64,000 nucleotides of DNA, taken from assembly GCA_013265495.1 (NCBI GenBank), contig MU058213.1, positions 2,046,001-2,110,000 of the forward strand, in the 5' to 3' direction. A program made the position numbers and the translations under genes. The notes under the pieces were generated by a model. It worked only from the letters and a program-made list of their open reading frames with translations. It had not been told where the DNA came from and ran no database searches. Shown piece after piece: positions 63,011-64,000 of the stretch. The first letter of the stretch is position 1. Every line of letters starts with the position of its first letter. This stretch comes from Vicugna vicugna (lineage: Eukaryota).

Positions 63011-64000
63011 CAAATTGAGACGTAATTTCAATGAAAAATGATATTTATGTCTATATAAAATGGACTAGAAATATGGACACTGAATTAACAATATTGATTA
63101 TTCCTGGGGATGGTGAGATTATAGGTGGCTATTTCTTCCTCTTTACTTATTTGCATTATCTTTAGTGAAACTGGGAGAAGGAAAAAAAGAATAATTTATT
63201 TTAAAGTGGAAAAATTAACAAATGCTATCTCCCTGTTCACTTTCTCAATCCCAATCTCATTTCAGTCCCTTCAGAGGAAAGCTACTTAATATGAGTTCCA
63301 TTGATTTATAGTGCAAAGACTTGTTGTGTAATTATATAATGGCTTTCAGTCAAAGGAATATTAAAGGTAATGTAGGCTTCAAGCAGTTCTTGTAGCAAGC
63401 AAACTTCAGTCTTAAACTTTCACCCTTCTCTCTGCCTTGACTACAGCTTTAAATGTTTCAGAGCTAAGAAATACTCTTTTTCACCAAAAGAGGATTGATC
63501 TGCAGAATTTTAGGTATAGACATCCCTGAAGAATACCTTCTTCCTAGATTACATTATGTATTACGAAGTAATCCTGATTCCTTCCAGATGAGAAGATATC
63601 AGACCTTATGATGGGTTTCAGAAATGGTCATTTTCACAAAAGCTTAAAGGGCACTTGTTTAACTGTCATGCAATTCTATTCATAGAGATGATAGAGAAAA
63701 GTAAATTCTTTAGATAAATTGTTGAGTCTATGAAATGTGTAGTAAGGAGGATAGGGCATTGAACCAAGAATCAGGAGACCTGAATTCATAGCCTTGGACC
63801 AGCTACTGACCTATTTGTTCAGATGTGGGTGTGGTGAACTTCAGGCAGAGAGAAAAGGATGAACACATTAAAGGAATGGGTTCATGTCTACTGGGAACAG
63901 ACAAGTTACATAATGAATAAAGTGGTCAAACTTGGACCATCTTTTGTTTTTCTACATTTAGTAAAGTCATGGGTATTGAGAAATAGGTTTTTACTCCAAG

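Overview
Mammalian, repeat-rich, essentially non-coding DNA. Two tRNA-derived SINEs starting GGGGAG(A)GGGTRTAGCTCAAGTG and the style of the L1 3' ends suggest a camelid (inference). The only gene-like structure is a CpG-island promoter at ~6.33-7.07 kb. It has three SP/KLF boxes and several strong minus-strand splice donors, so a gene probably starts here and runs off the left end; I cannot name it. The other ~57 kb looks like upstream/intergenic DNA made of L1, L2, L3/CR1, MIR, MaLR/ERVL/ERV1 solo LTRs and Tigger/Charlie DNA transposons. No ORF in the track is a credible protein-coding exon. The most unusual signal is three short, same-orientation, non-tandem duplications (39 bp at 100%, 58 bp at 86%, 101 bp at ~76%). 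In each, the extra copy lies 1.2-2.1 kb upstream of its apparent donor and is inserted at an A- or GA-rich tract, suggesting recurrent locally templated insertion. Also notable: an inverted pair of same-family solo LTRs 162 bp apart, each with its own TSD; a TSD-flanked 148-bp insertion that looks like an internal L1 fragment; and an orphan A61 tract. Repeat family names come from my recollection of consensus sequences, and most repeat boundaries are approximate.
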